Source: an uncultured Gemmatimonadaceae bacterium (GTDB taxonomy: Bacteria > Gemmatimonadota > Gemmatimonadetes > Gemmatimonadales > Gemmatimonadaceae). Taken from it: a stretch of 64,000 nt of DNA. Numbering within the stretch: the first letter of the stretch is position 1; every line of letters begins with the position of its first letter. Shown here in pieces: positions 51,854-60,941 of the stretch. A program made the translations under genes and the position numbers. The notes below the pieces were generated by a model. That model was given only the letters and a program-made list of their open reading frames with translations. It was not told where the DNA came from and did not search any database. The DNA lies in the NCBI GenBank assembly GCA_963740355.1, contig CAVUDW010000003.1, positions 2,080,001 to 2,144,000 on the forward strand. Reading direction: 5' to 3'.

Positions 51854-52974
51854 GCCAACCGCACCGATGTCTTGCGCACCGCCAGCAGCAGCAGCGCTGC
51901 CAGCATCACGGTCAGCACGACCAATTGCGGCCAGAGCACCGCAAGCCCGACGCCCTTGAGCATGATGCCGCGCACCACCTCGATGAACCAGCGCGCGGGG
52001 ACGATGTTCGTGACCACCTGCAGCGGACGCGGCATGCTGCTGATCGGAAAGATCAGGCCCGAGAGCATCGTGTTCGGCAGCATCGTGCCGGCCAGCGCGG
52101 CCAGCATCGCCGCCAGCTGCGAGGAGGTGACGGCAGCAATCACCACGCCCAGCGACAGGCCCACGAGCGCGAACAGCATGCTCGACGCCAGCAGCAGCAT
52201 GATGCTCCCTCGAAACGGCACACCGAACACCAGCGACGCCGCCAGCAGCACGCTCACCACGTTGGCCATCGCCAGCACGAGGTAGGGCAGCACCTTGCCG
52301 ATGATGATCTGCCATGGGTGCAGCGGCGAGACGAGCAGCACTTCGAACGTGCCGCGCTCCTTCTCCCGCGACAGCGAGATTGCCGTCATCAGCGTCGTCA
52401 CCATCGTCAGGATCAACGCGATCAGCCCTGGCACGAACAGGTTCACACTCTCGAGCGTCGGGTTGAATCGCATGCGCGTCCGGGCCTCGACGCGCACCGC
52501 ACCCACGCCGACGCCGAGCCCCGCGCGCCAATCGCGCACCACTGCGGCGGCGTAATTCTTCATCGTGGTGCCCGTATTCGGATCCACGGCATCGGCCACC
52601 AGCAGGACCTGAGACGTACTCCCGCTACCCACGCGCGATGCGATCCCAGGCTCGAGCACCACACCCACGTCCACCAATCGGGCCCGGAACAGCGCATCGA
52701 GCTCTTCGCTCCGCGACACATCGGGGAGGACTTCGAAGGTGCCACCGTGCTGAAAGCGCTCACGGAGTGCCCGCGTTGCGTCATCCCGGTGGGCGGTCAC
52801 CAGCACCACCCGAACGGCCTTGATGTCGGTGCGAACGGCAAAACCGAAGAGCAGCAGCTGGGCAATCGGCAGCAGGAGCAGGATCACCAGCGTCTGCCGA
52901 TCGCGCAGCAGGTGGCGGACCTCCTTGCCCATGAACGCCAACAGGGACGCGATGGCGGTGCGTGTGCTGGCCAT
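51850..52974 (-). CDS. ABC-2 transporter permease (YbhS-like)
   Basis: KEVRHLLRD, FNPTLES, VPGLI, REKERGT, LSGLIFPI. Confidence 0.9.
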   Translation of the reverse strand: MASTRTAIASLLAFMGKEVRHLLRDRQTLVILLLLPIAQLLLFGFAVRTDIKAVRVVLVTAHRDDATRALRERFQHGGTFEVLPDVSRSEELDALFRARLVDVGVVLEPGIASRVGSGSTSQVLLVADAVDPNTGTTMKNYAAAVVRDWRAGLGVGVGAVRVEARTRMRFNPTLESVNLFVPGLIALILTMVTTLMTAISLSREKERGTFEVLLVSPLHPWQIIIGKVLPYLVLAMANVVSVLLAASLVFGVPFRGSIMLLLASSMLFALVGLSLGVVIAAVTSSQLAAMLAALAGTMLPNTMLSGLIFPISSMPRPLQVVTNIVPARWFIEVVRGIMLKGVGLAVLWPQLVVLTVMLAALLLLAVRKTSVRLA

Positions 52975-53744
52975 CAGGCGGCGCCCGCCACGCCAGATCC
53001 ACGCGCCAGCCGCACGAACACATCGTCGAGCGATGCGACGCCGAACTGCGCCTTCATCTCGCCCGGCGTGCCCATCGCGGCAATCCGACCGTCGACCATG
53101 ATCGACAGGCGGTCGCAGTATTCCGCCTCATCGAGGTAGTGCGTCGTGACGAACACGGTCGTGCCGCGCGCCGCAGCAGCGTAGATCAATTCCCAGAACT
53201 GCCGACGCGTGATCGGGTCGACACCGCCTGTGGGTTCGTCGAGGAATACCACTGCCGGCTCGTGCAGCAGCGCCACCGAGAAGGCCAGCTTCTGCTTCCA
53301 GCCGAGCGGGAGCGACCGAACCATCGTCGTGTCCGAGGTGGCGAAATGCAGCTCCTCGAGCAAGCGCGTTCTGCGTGTTGCGATCGTGGCGTCATCGAGG
53401 CCGTAGACTCCGCCATAGAGCTCGATGTTCTCGCGCACCGTCAGGTCATCGTAGAGCGAAAAGCGCTGGCTCATGTAACCGATCCGCGAGCGCACCTCGT
53501 CCGTCTGCGTGCGCACGTCGTAGCCGGCCACCGTCGCCTCACCGTCGCTCGGCGCGAGCAACCCCGTGAGGATCCGAATCGCGGTCGTCTTCCCTGCCCC
53601 ATTGGCGCCGAGGAAGCCGAACACCTCGCCGCGCTTCACCTCGAAGCTGATGCGGTCGACGGCGGTGAAGGTGCCGAAGCGGCGCGTCAGGTTCCGCGCG
53701 GCGATCGCGACCGACGGCGCTGGCGCTGGCGCGGGCGCGCTCAC
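52974..53744 (-). CDS. ABC transporter ATP-binding protein
   Basis: GANGAGKT, degenerate signature LPLGWKQ, LDEPTGGVDP, TTHY. Confidence 0.92.
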   Translation of the reverse strand: MSAPAPAPAPSVAIAARNLTRRFGTFTAVDRISFEVKRGEVFGFLGANGAGKTTAIRILTGLLAPSDGEATVAGYDVRTQTDEVRSRIGYMSQRFSLYDDLTVRENIELYGGVYGLDDATIATRRTRLLEELHFATSDTTMVRSLPLGWKQKLAFSVALLHEPAVVFLDEPTGGVDPITRRQFWELIYAAAARGTTVFVTTHYLDEAEYCDRLSIMVDGRIAAMGTPGEMKAQFGVASLDDVFVRLARGSGVAGAA

Positions 53745-54685
53745 GCCGCCACCACTGACGGTTCGCCCATCAGCTCCATGAACGCATCCTCGATGCCTGG
53801 AGTGATCGGCGCAATCGCGACGCCCGTCAACGGCAGCGTGTCGAGGTGCATTTGCAGCTCGTGCAGTATGCTGTCAGGCGCCAGGTCGAGACGGTTGTCG
53901 CTGAAGTGCACCGTTTCACCGAATGGGTACACCGACGCGGCGTGTGGATACGATCGCAAGGCGCCGAGCAGTGCGGCACGTGGCGCCCCGCGCACTGCCA
54001 GCAGCGCGCGGGGAAAGCGCTGTCCGATGACGCCTGGTGCATCGATAGCCAGCAGGGCGCCACCCTGCATCAATGCAATCCGGTCGCAACGCGCTGCTTC
54101 ATCCATGTATGGCGTCGAGGCAATGATGGTCAGCCCCGACGAGCGCAGTTCGCCGAGCAAGTCCCAGAACTCCCGGCGAGAGACGGCGTCGACACCGGTG
54201 GTTGGCTCGTCGAGCAGGAGCAGCTCCGGCCGATGCACCAAAGCGCAACAGAGGGCCAGCTTCTGCTTCATGCCGCCCGACAGGGCGCCAGCGCGACGAT
54301 CCTTGAAGGGCTCGATCTGCCGGTAGATCGGGTCGATCAGTGCACGGCCTTCCTTGATCGACGTGCCGAACACCGAGGCAAAGAACGAGAGATTCTCCTC
54401 GACGCTGAGATCGGCGTAGAGCGCGAATCGGCCGGGCATGTACCCGACCCGCGAGCGGATCGACCAGAAATCGCGCACGACGTCGCGACCCAGCACGGTG
54501 GCCTCACCGCTGTCCGGCACCAGCAGTGTGGTCAGGATACGAAAGAGGGTCGTCTTGCCCGCGCCATCTGGCCCGACCAATCCGAACAGTTCGCCCGGTG
54601 CAACGTCGAAGCTCACGCCGGCCAGCGCGACCGTCTCGCCGAATCGCTTCGCCACCTGTCGAACGTGCACTGCTGCCGTCGTCAT
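53741..54685 (-). CDS. ABC transporter ATP-binding protein
   Basis: GPDGAGKT, LSGGMKQ, LDEPTTGVD, STPYMDEA. Confidence 0.92.
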   Translation of the reverse strand: MTTAAVHVRQVAKRFGETVALAGVSFDVAPGELFGLVGPDGAGKTTLFRILTTLLVPDSGEATVLGRDVVRDFWSIRSRVGYMPGRFALYADLSVEENLSFFASVFGTSIKEGRALIDPIYRQIEPFKDRRAGALSGGMKQKLALCCALVHRPELLLLDEPTTGVDAVSRREFWDLLGELRSSGLTIIASTPYMDEAARCDRIALMQGGALLAIDAPGVIGQRFPRALLAVRGAPRAALLGALRSYPHAASVYPFGETVHFSDNRLDLAPDSILHELQMHLDTLPLTGVAIAPITPGIEDAFMELMGEPSVVAA

Positions 54686-55608
54686 GGAGTCGCCGCTGCC
54701 GCCACCGGGAGCGTGACATCGCCCGGCATGCCCACTTTCAGCGCGCCATCCGGATTCGCGACGCGAATCTTGACTGCGTACACAAGGTCACCGCGATCCT
54801 CACGGGTTTGCACTGGCGTCGGCGTGAACTCGGCTTTCGACGAGACCCAGCTCACGATACCGGTGTAGGTGCGCAGGGAGTCACCGGCGGCATCGGCGCC
54901 GACCTGCACACGCGTCCCAAGCCGGAACGTGGAGAGTTGTGCGCCGGTGAGGTACGCGCGGAGGGTGAGCGTGTCGAGATTCGCGATACGGTAGAGCGGC
55001 TGTCCAACCGTGACCATCTCGCCGGCGCGCACGTACGTGGCGAGTACGGTGCCGGTCACTGGATTGTGCACCGTGGCACGACGGATACGATCCGTGGCGG
55101 CGGCAATTCGTGCGTCGAGTGCCGCGATGTCGGCGGCGGTTCGCGCCAGCCCGGTGCGCGCGCCGCTGATCTGCACACCAAGCACACGATCATCACGCTC
55201 CACCTGATCGCGTTGGGTCGCGGTGGCGGCCTGGTTCGCAAACAGTCGGTCGATCCGGGCTCGCGTGCGCTGTGCGATCTCTCGCTGCACCTGCAGCGAC
55301 GCCACCTGGTCGTTCACTTCGCCGCGGTGCGCAAACAGCGACGCACGCTGCGCGACCAGTTGATCACGCTCGAGCGCCAGTTGCACCGTGTCGATTCGGG
55401 CCACCAGCTCGCCACTCTTCACGCTGGTGCCCTCCGTGGGCACGAAGGTGCCCAGTTGACCGCCCGTTTCAGATGCGACCACCACCTCCTCGGCCTCGAA
55501 ATTTCCATAGGCGTCGGCCAGCGCCGGCTTCTTGCAGGCTGTCACGAGCGTGAGCAGCGCGGTGGCTGTGAGTCGCAGGAGGGCGTGGAGTGTCGTGGGG
55601 ATGCGCAT
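54682..55608 (-). CDS. HlyD-family periplasmic adaptor (YbhG-like)
   Basis: VTAC lipobox, AYGNFEA, AEFTPTPVQT...VYAVKI, LKVGMPG. Confidence 0.9.
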   Translation of the reverse strand: MRIPTTLHALLRLTATALLTLVTACKKPALADAYGNFEAEEVVVASETGGQLGTFVPTEGTSVKSGELVARIDTVQLALERDQLVAQRASLFAHRGEVNDQVASLQVQREIAQRTRARIDRLFANQAATATQRDQVERDDRVLGVQISGARTGLARTAADIAALDARIAAATDRIRRATVHNPVTGTVLATYVRAGEMVTVGQPLYRIANLDTLTLRAYLTGAQLSTFRLGTRVQVGADAAGDSLRTYTGIVSWVSSKAEFTPTPVQTREDRGDLVYAVKIRVANPDGALKVGMPGDVTLPVAAAATP

Positions 55609-57053
55609 CAGCGGACCTCGAGTCCGAGAGTATTCAGGTAGCGGGCGCGCGATTCGAGCAGGCGCACGCGGCGTGTTTCGCGATCGAGCTGCGACGAGAG
55701 ATGCTCGGAGAGGCGTGCGACGTAGTCGGCGGTGTTCACTTCACCTTCGTCGTAGCGCAGTCGCGTTTCGCGCAGGATCCGTTCGCGGGTCGCGACGATC
55801 GAGTCGTCGAGCACCAGCGAACGCTCGAGTGATGTGATCCGGGCGCGTTCCGCGATCGTCGCGCGTCGGATACCTTCGCGAAAATTGGCCTCGTCGCTCG
55901 ACAGCAGATCGCGCTGAAGTTGTTGCGCTTCTGCGTCGCGGCGCGTGCGGCCCCAATTCCATGCAGTCCATTCCACCTGCAGGCCGGCGCTCCAGTAGGT
56001 GTCGAAGCTGCGCCCCAGTGGGTTGAGCCCTGGACGGCCGTAGCCTGTGCGGCCGAAGGCGGACAGTCGCGGCAGGTCTTGCGCGAGGGTGGCCTGTCGT
56101 CGAGCGTCGACGACAGCACGTGCGCGGTCGAACTGTTGGTACTCTGGCCGCAGGCGCAGGCTGTCGACGGCATCGACACGGAACGCGGCATCGGGCGTGG
56201 ATTGGCGTGTCGCGAGGATCGCGGTCGTCGGGATGCTGCGGCCCGTCAACGCGGTCAACATTTCGCGCGCCGCGTCCCGATCGGAGGCGAGTTCTTCGCG
56301 CGACTGACGTCGACGCTCGATTTCCGCGGTCAGCAGCAGCAATTCGCTCGGGAGTGCCGAGCCAGAGCTGACGCGCATCGCTGCCACCTTGCTGCGCGCC
56401 TCCAGATCACCGATCGCCACGTCGAGCGATTGGAGCTGCGCGTCTCGCAGCAGCACGCCGAAGAAGAGGTCCGAGACGGCTGCACGTTGCTGCCAGATGG
56501 ACGACTGGACGCGCGACGCCGATTCCAGTTGCTGTGCCGATTCGACGGCGGCACGCGACTTTCGGGTTGGATCGAGCAGCGGCTGCCGGACGGTGAGGTA
56601 CGTATCGTATTGATCGTTGTAGGCGCTGGGGATGCTGACCCCGGGCAGCACCACGCCGATCCTCGCCACATCGGAGAGGTATTGCGCCGTACCGATGGCG
56701 GTGACGCTGGGCAGGCGCTCGCTGCGAATGTTCTGCAGACGCAGGGCTGATTGCGCCTTCGTGATGTCCAACTGCGCCGCACGTCGGTCGGTGCGCTCGG
56801 CGGCCCGTTGCAGGTCATCCAGCCAGAGCGTGTCGCGGGTCGACTGTGCTGTGGCGATCGACGTCGTCGCGACGGTCATCAGTGCCACGAGCTGCACGAA
56901 GGCGAGGCCGCGGCGTGGCGTATGTCGCGCCTGCCGGAGTGGTGCCTGCCGGAGTGGTGACTGCCGGAGTGGTGATTGCCGAAGTGGTGATTGCCGGACT
57001 GGTGGCTGCGCGCGGCGAGGGTTCGTGCCGCGACTGTCGTCGGGGTGTGTCAT
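55608..57053 (-). CDS. TolC-family outer membrane protein
   Basis: OEP-like repeats (RQPLLD, RPEYQQF, GYGRPGLN, WNWG); position in the exporter operon. Confidence 0.85.
   Translation of the reverse strand: MTHPDDSRGTNPRRAQPPVRQSPLRQSPLRQSPLRQAPLRQARHTPRRGLAFVQLVALMTVATTSIATAQSTRDTLWLDDLQRAAERTDRRAAQLDITKAQSALRLQNIRSERLPSVTAIGTAQYLSDVARIGVVLPGVSIPSAYNDQYDTYLTVRQPLLDPTRKSRAAVESAQQLESASRVQSSIWQQRAAVSDLFFGVLLRDAQLQSLDVAIGDLEARSKVAAMRVSSGSALPSELLLLTAEIERRRQSREELASDRDAAREMLTALTGRSIPTTAILATRQSTPDAAFRVDAVDSLRLRPEYQQFDRARAVVDARRQATLAQDLPRLSAFGRTGYGRPGLNPLGRSFDTYWSAGLQVEWTAWNWGRTRRDAEAQQLQRDLLSSDEANFREGIRRATIAERARITSLERSLVLDDSIVATRERILRETRLRYDEGEVNTADYVARLSEHLSSQLDRETRRVRLLESRARYLNTLGLEVR
56931..57005. 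repeat. Five 15-bp tandem repeats within the TolC 5' end
   Basis: YTGCCGRASTGGTGN x5, encoding QPPVR-QSPLR-QSPLR-QSPLR-QAPLR. Confidence 0.85.
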
Positions 57054-57730
57054 GGCCGCAGTGCGCTCATGATGAAGGCGGGCAGGTCGCGCTTCCGCTC
57101 ATCGAGAAAGACCTCGAAGCCAGCGTCGTCGAGCGCGAGTGCGTGTTCGATGACCGGTCGGGCAGCGAACGGAAAGACGACCAGCGAGAGCACGTTCACC
57201 AGCACCTGGCGCGGCGACATCGGGCGCATCGTGCCTGCGGCCACGCGCTCGTCGATCAGGTGCCGGAGTCGCGCCAACACCGGCCCCGCGATCGCGGCGG
57301 GTACGGTTCCGATTGCCTTTTGCATCAGCGTCTCGAGCCGCCCCGGGTACTGGTGCGCCTCGGCCAGCAGATAGGCGGGCACGAAGGGCGTGTGCCGCAC
57401 CGTGTCGATGTAGGCGTGGACGAAGCGCTCGATGGTCTGTTCGAGCGTGGCAGCCGGGTCGGCGACGGCGGCCAGCGCCGGCATCAGGCGCCCAGCAGCC
57501 TCGAGAAAGACCCGCTCGGCGAGGTGCGCCTTGTTGCCGAAGTAGTAGTGGACGAGGGCCTGGTTGACGCCGGCTTCGGCGGCGATGTCCTGAACCCGGG
57601 CGCCGGCTGTCCCGCGGCGGACGAAGACGCGACGCGCGGCCTCAAGGATCTTCGATTCCGTATCGAGATCGCGGTCGATGGGTTTCGGCGTCGGTCGGCG
57701 CCGTGGGGCGTGGGGCCTAGGATCTGTCAT
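57050..57730 (-). CDS. TetR/AcrR family transcriptional regulator
   Basis: ILEAARRVF..G..GARVQDIAAEAGVNQALVHYYFGNK. Confidence 0.93.
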   Translation of the reverse strand: MTDPRPHAPRRRPTPKPIDRDLDTESKILEAARRVFVRRGTAGARVQDIAAEAGVNQALVHYYFGNKAHLAERVFLEAAGRLMPALAAVADPAATLEQTIERFVHAYIDTVRHTPFVPAYLLAEAHQYPGRLETLMQKAIGTVPAAIAGPVLARLRHLIDERVAAGTMRPMSPRQVLVNVLSLVVFPFAARPVIEHALALDDAGFEVFLDERKRDLPAFIMSALRP

Positions 57731-57766
57731 ATTGATTTGATTATTTAATCAATCAATTAATGTATT
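57731..57766 (-). promoter_or_regulatory. AT-rich candidate TetR operator abutting the start codon
   Basis: TTAATCAATCAATTAA (57745-57760, TTAAT-N6-ATTAA) and a related adjacent tract within otherwise GC-rich DNA. Confidence 0.6.
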
Positions 57767-57869
57767 ACCGCGTGAGATTCGGCAAGGGTACCGCAAAGGA
57801 CGCCTATCTCAGCTGCGGCTTTGGCGATGACACTAACGTCAGCGAAGCGCCTGGCGGCCGAAGCCGTCT

Positions 57870-58265
57870 GTACAACAAAATCGCGGCGTAAGCGCTTGCG
57901 GCACCAAGGCTTAGCCTCCGATCAAGGGGTCGGAGATCTTGGTCGTACAACAAAATCACGGCGTAAGCGCTTGCGGCACCAAGACTTAGCCTCCGATCAA
58001 GGGGTCGGAGATCTTGGTCGATCAAGGGGTCAGAGATCTTGATCGTACAACAAAAATCACGGCCTAAGCGCTTGCAGCACGGCGGCTTAGCCTCCGATCA
58101 AGGGGTCGGAGATCTTGATCGCACAGCAAAATCTCGGCGTAAGCGCTTGCAGCACCAAGGGTTAGCCTCCGATCAAGGGGTCAGAGATCTTGATCGTCGC
58201 GAAGCTGTTGCTGGGCAACGAGTTAGGCATCAGAACAGCCGATCAAGATCTCTGACCCCTTGATC
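57870..58265. repeat. Modular tandem array: four ~75-bp units, one extra 25-bp module and one inverted 25-bp module
   Basis: Units start at 57870, 57945, 58045 and 58121; module GATCAAGGGGTCRGAGATCTTGRTC occurs five times direct and once inverted (58241-58265). Confidence 0.92.
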
Positions 58266-58291
58266 GCCTTGATCGCGGGCCCCGCGCCCGA

Positions 58292-60508
58292 TCAGGGCAG
58301 CGCGAACGCCACGTACGAATCACCCGACGGCGATCCCAGCTTGCCGCCACCACAGGCGATCACCACATACTGCCGGCCGCCAACCCGATAGGTACTCGGC
58401 GTGGCGTAGCCGGCCGCGGGGAGCGACGCTTCCCACAACTGGGCGCCAGTCGACGAGTCAAAGGCGCGGATCATGTTGTCCTGCGTCGCCGCAATGAAGA
58501 CGATGCCACCGGCGGTCACGATCGGCCCGCCGTACTGCTCGGTGCCCGTCGGCTTGACGCCTTTCGCCGTCAATGCCGCAAACGCGCCAAGCGGGATGCG
58601 CCACTTGTACTCACCGGTGTTCATGTCGATGGCGCTCAGCGTGCCCCAAGGCGGCTTCACAGCGGGGAAGCCGTCCGGCGTCCGCCACCGCTCATAACCA
58701 ACGAATTCGTACGGAGAGCGAGCCGGCTTCAGTCGCGATGCCGCCAACTCGGCTGCGTGTGGCGATTCATCAGCGGCACCTGTGGTCGCTACCGGCGGCG
58801 CGGGTCGATTCATCAGGTACGCCACCAGTGCCTGCGTCTCCGGCTCCGTCAGGGCCGCGAACGACGGCATGAATCCCTTGCCTCGCTCGAGCACCTGTCG
58901 AATCTCCTCCGACGTGCGTCGCTTGCCGATATCCACCAGCGTCGGCACACGATCACCATCGCCTTTGCGATCGGCCTTGTGACAGCTGGCACATGCGGCA
59001 GCGAATACGACCGGCCCAGTGCGCGGCACGCCGCTCTGATCGCCAAGGCTGGCGGTATCGCGCATGGCCGCGATCCATGGCACATCACTGGCATTCACAT
59101 ACAACACACCGCTGGCACGATCGACCGCCGCTCCACCCCACTCACCACCACCATCGAAGCCAGGCAGCACGATGGTCCCCTCCCGGCTCGGCGGCGTGAA
59201 GAGTCCCCCGTTGCGCAGCATACGGAATCGCGCCAGCGCGGCTTTGTGCGACGCTGGAGAGAGCGTGGTGAGATCAGCCTCCGTGATCGTCTGTCGAGCG
59301 AACGGCGCCGGCTTCACGGGGAATGGCTGCGTCGGCCACGCGGCTTCACCCCGCAGATCCGACGCCGGCACTGCACGCTCCTCGACGGGGAACAGCGGCA
59401 CGCCAGTCTCGCGATTGAAGAGATAGACGAAACCCGTCTTCGTGATCTGGGCGACGGCGTCCACCGCCTTCCCATCGTGCGTCACCGTCAGCTGGTTTGG
59501 CGCCGCAGGCAGGTCGCGATCCCAGATGTCGTGATGCACGGTCTGGAAGTGCCACTTCCGTTTGCCGGTCGCTGCGTCGAGCGCGAGCAACGTATTGGCG
59601 TACAACGTCGCGCCGGCGCGATCACCACCATAGAAGTCTGGTGTTGCAGATCCTGTTGGCACATACACGATGCCTCGTGCGGTATCGACGCTCATCCCAG
59701 CCCACGAGTTCGCGCCACCAACGGTCTTCCACGCATCGGCTGGCCACGTGTCGTAGCCTTCTTCGCTCGGCTGAGGAATGGTGTGAAAGGTCCACTCGAT
59801 GCGACCGGTGCGCACGTCGAACGCACGCACATGCCCTGGCGCCGATCCTTCACCCTCACCCACCCGCGTGCCCTGAATCAGCAGATCGTGATAGATGACC
59901 CCAGGACTGGTGGCGAGGATGAACGCATTGCCGACATCGCGCCCCAGCCCGGCGCCGAGGTCTACCCAGCCGGAATCACCAAACGTCATGATCTGCTTGC
60001 CGCTCACCGCATCCAGCGCGTAGAGCCGGCGACCGGCGGTGAAGAGAATCCGTTGCTCACTGCCGGCACGCCAGAACACGACGCCGCGATTGGCATGCGG
60101 CTCGCGCGTGCGCCCGACAAAGGGATCGAACATCCACTTCACCGTCCCACTGTCCGCGCGCAACGCCACGACATTCAGCGCCGGCGTGGTGGTGTACATC
60201 GTACCGCCGACGATGATCGGCGTCGCCTGAATCTCCGAGCGAGCGGATGGCGCGTCACCGCTGTGATAGGTCCACGCCACCGTGAGCGTCTTCACATTCT
60301 CGCGTGTGATCTGGTTCAGCGTCGAGTAGTGACTGTTGCCTGGCTCACCGCCGGTGACCGCCCAATCGTCCGGCGACGCCGGCACCACAGCCGCTGACTT
60401 CACGACAGGCACCGACGTCTCCTTGCCACACGCCGTCAGCAACACCGCTGGCGTCGCGACAAGTATCGCACGGGAGCAGATCCGAAGGTACAAGGCACCG
60501 AGGTGCAT
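58292..60508 (-). CDS. PQQ-dependent dehydrogenase (glucose/quinate type) with inserted c-type heme domain, lipoprotein
   Basis: LTAC lipobox, YSTLNQITRENV, QATPI, HHDIWDRD, CASCH, PPWGTLSAID, YATPSTY. ATG 60508; the ORF-track extension to 60853 is repeat DNA. Confidence 0.88.
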   Translation of the reverse strand: MHLGALYLRICSRAILVATPAVLLTACGKETSVPVVKSAAVVPASPDDWAVTGGEPGNSHYSTLNQITRENVKTLTVAWTYHSGDAPSARSEIQATPIIVGGTMYTTTPALNVVALRADSGTVKWMFDPFVGRTREPHANRGVVFWRAGSEQRILFTAGRRLYALDAVSGKQIMTFGDSGWVDLGAGLGRDVGNAFILATSPGVIYHDLLIQGTRVGEGEGSAPGHVRAFDVRTGRIEWTFHTIPQPSEEGYDTWPADAWKTVGGANSWAGMSVDTARGIVYVPTGSATPDFYGGDRAGATLYANTLLALDAATGKRKWHFQTVHHDIWDRDLPAAPNQLTVTHDGKAVDAVAQITKTGFVYLFNRETGVPLFPVEERAVPASDLRGEAAWPTQPFPVKPAPFARQTITEADLTTLSPASHKAALARFRMLRNGGLFTPPSREGTIVLPGFDGGGEWGGAAVDRASGVLYVNASDVPWIAAMRDTASLGDQSGVPRTGPVVFAAACASCHKADRKGDGDRVPTLVDIGKRRTSEEIRQVLERGKGFMPSFAALTEPETQALVAYLMNRPAPPVATTGAADESPHAAELAASRLKPARSPYEFVGYERWRTPDGFPAVKPPWGTLSAIDMNTGEYKWRIPLGAFAALTAKGVKPTGTEQYGGPIVTAGGIVFIAATQDNMIRAFDSSTGAQLWEASLPAAGYATPSTYRVGGRQYVVIACGGGKLGSPSGDSYVAFALP

Positions 60509-60610
60509 ATATCGATTCCAGAATGCTGAAGGAAGATCGTGACTGCTGCAGAAGCCTACCACGCGTGCGGACGTCCCGAACAATTGGAGCGGTGTTGCCG
60601 CGGTGCACTC

Positions 60611-60862
60611 GCTGTTCCCCGCGGCTCCGCGTGATTCGTGTACAGTCTGTCGCACTGTCGCGCGCCGTACGGAATCCGTGGCAACGGACGAACAGCGGCG
60701 TCCACACTTCCTCACGCGGAGCCGCGGGGGACGCGGAGCCGCGGAGGACTGCAGGGGAACTGCAGGGGAACTGCAGGGGAACTGCACGGGAACCGCAGGG
60801 GAACTGCACGAGGAACGCCGGAGAACAACAGTGGAACTGCACGGGAACCGCACGGGGACTGC
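60611..60862. repeat. Palindromic intergenic element, copy 2, with 11-bp satellite tail
   Basis: 22-bp and 49-bp blocks shared with 30525-30546 and 30631-30679; tandem GGGAACTGCAG-like units. Confidence 0.85.
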
Positions 60863-60941
60863 ATGAGCGATGTCTCGAAGACCGGCTCGGCAACGGGCAC
60901 AGAAATCCGTTCACGCGCTGAGCCAGGATCGGTATGGCCGA

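Noticed and set aside
51854..52531. Apparent 611-aa fused permease
   Set aside because: The upstream part is an alternative frame of the neighbouring permease; the real start overlaps that gene's stop at 51850-51853.
52974..54685. Degenerate ABC motifs (LPLGW signature; STPY in place of the H-loop) as signs of pseudogenes
   Set aside because: Both frames are intact, and such asymmetry is usual in paired YbhF-like ATPase domains.
57804..58263. Short ORFs across the array (73-74 aa)
   Set aside because: They are translations of the DNA repeat on both strands, and unit lengths of 75, 25 and 76 bp break the frame.
57870..58265. CRISPR array interpretation
   Set aside because: Spacer-equivalent segments are near-identical to each other, one repeat is inverted, and no cas genes are in the window.
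60509..60853. 115-aa N-terminal extension of the PQQ dehydrogenase in the ORF track
   Set aside because: It translates the repeat element; the lipoprotein signal begins at ATG 60508.
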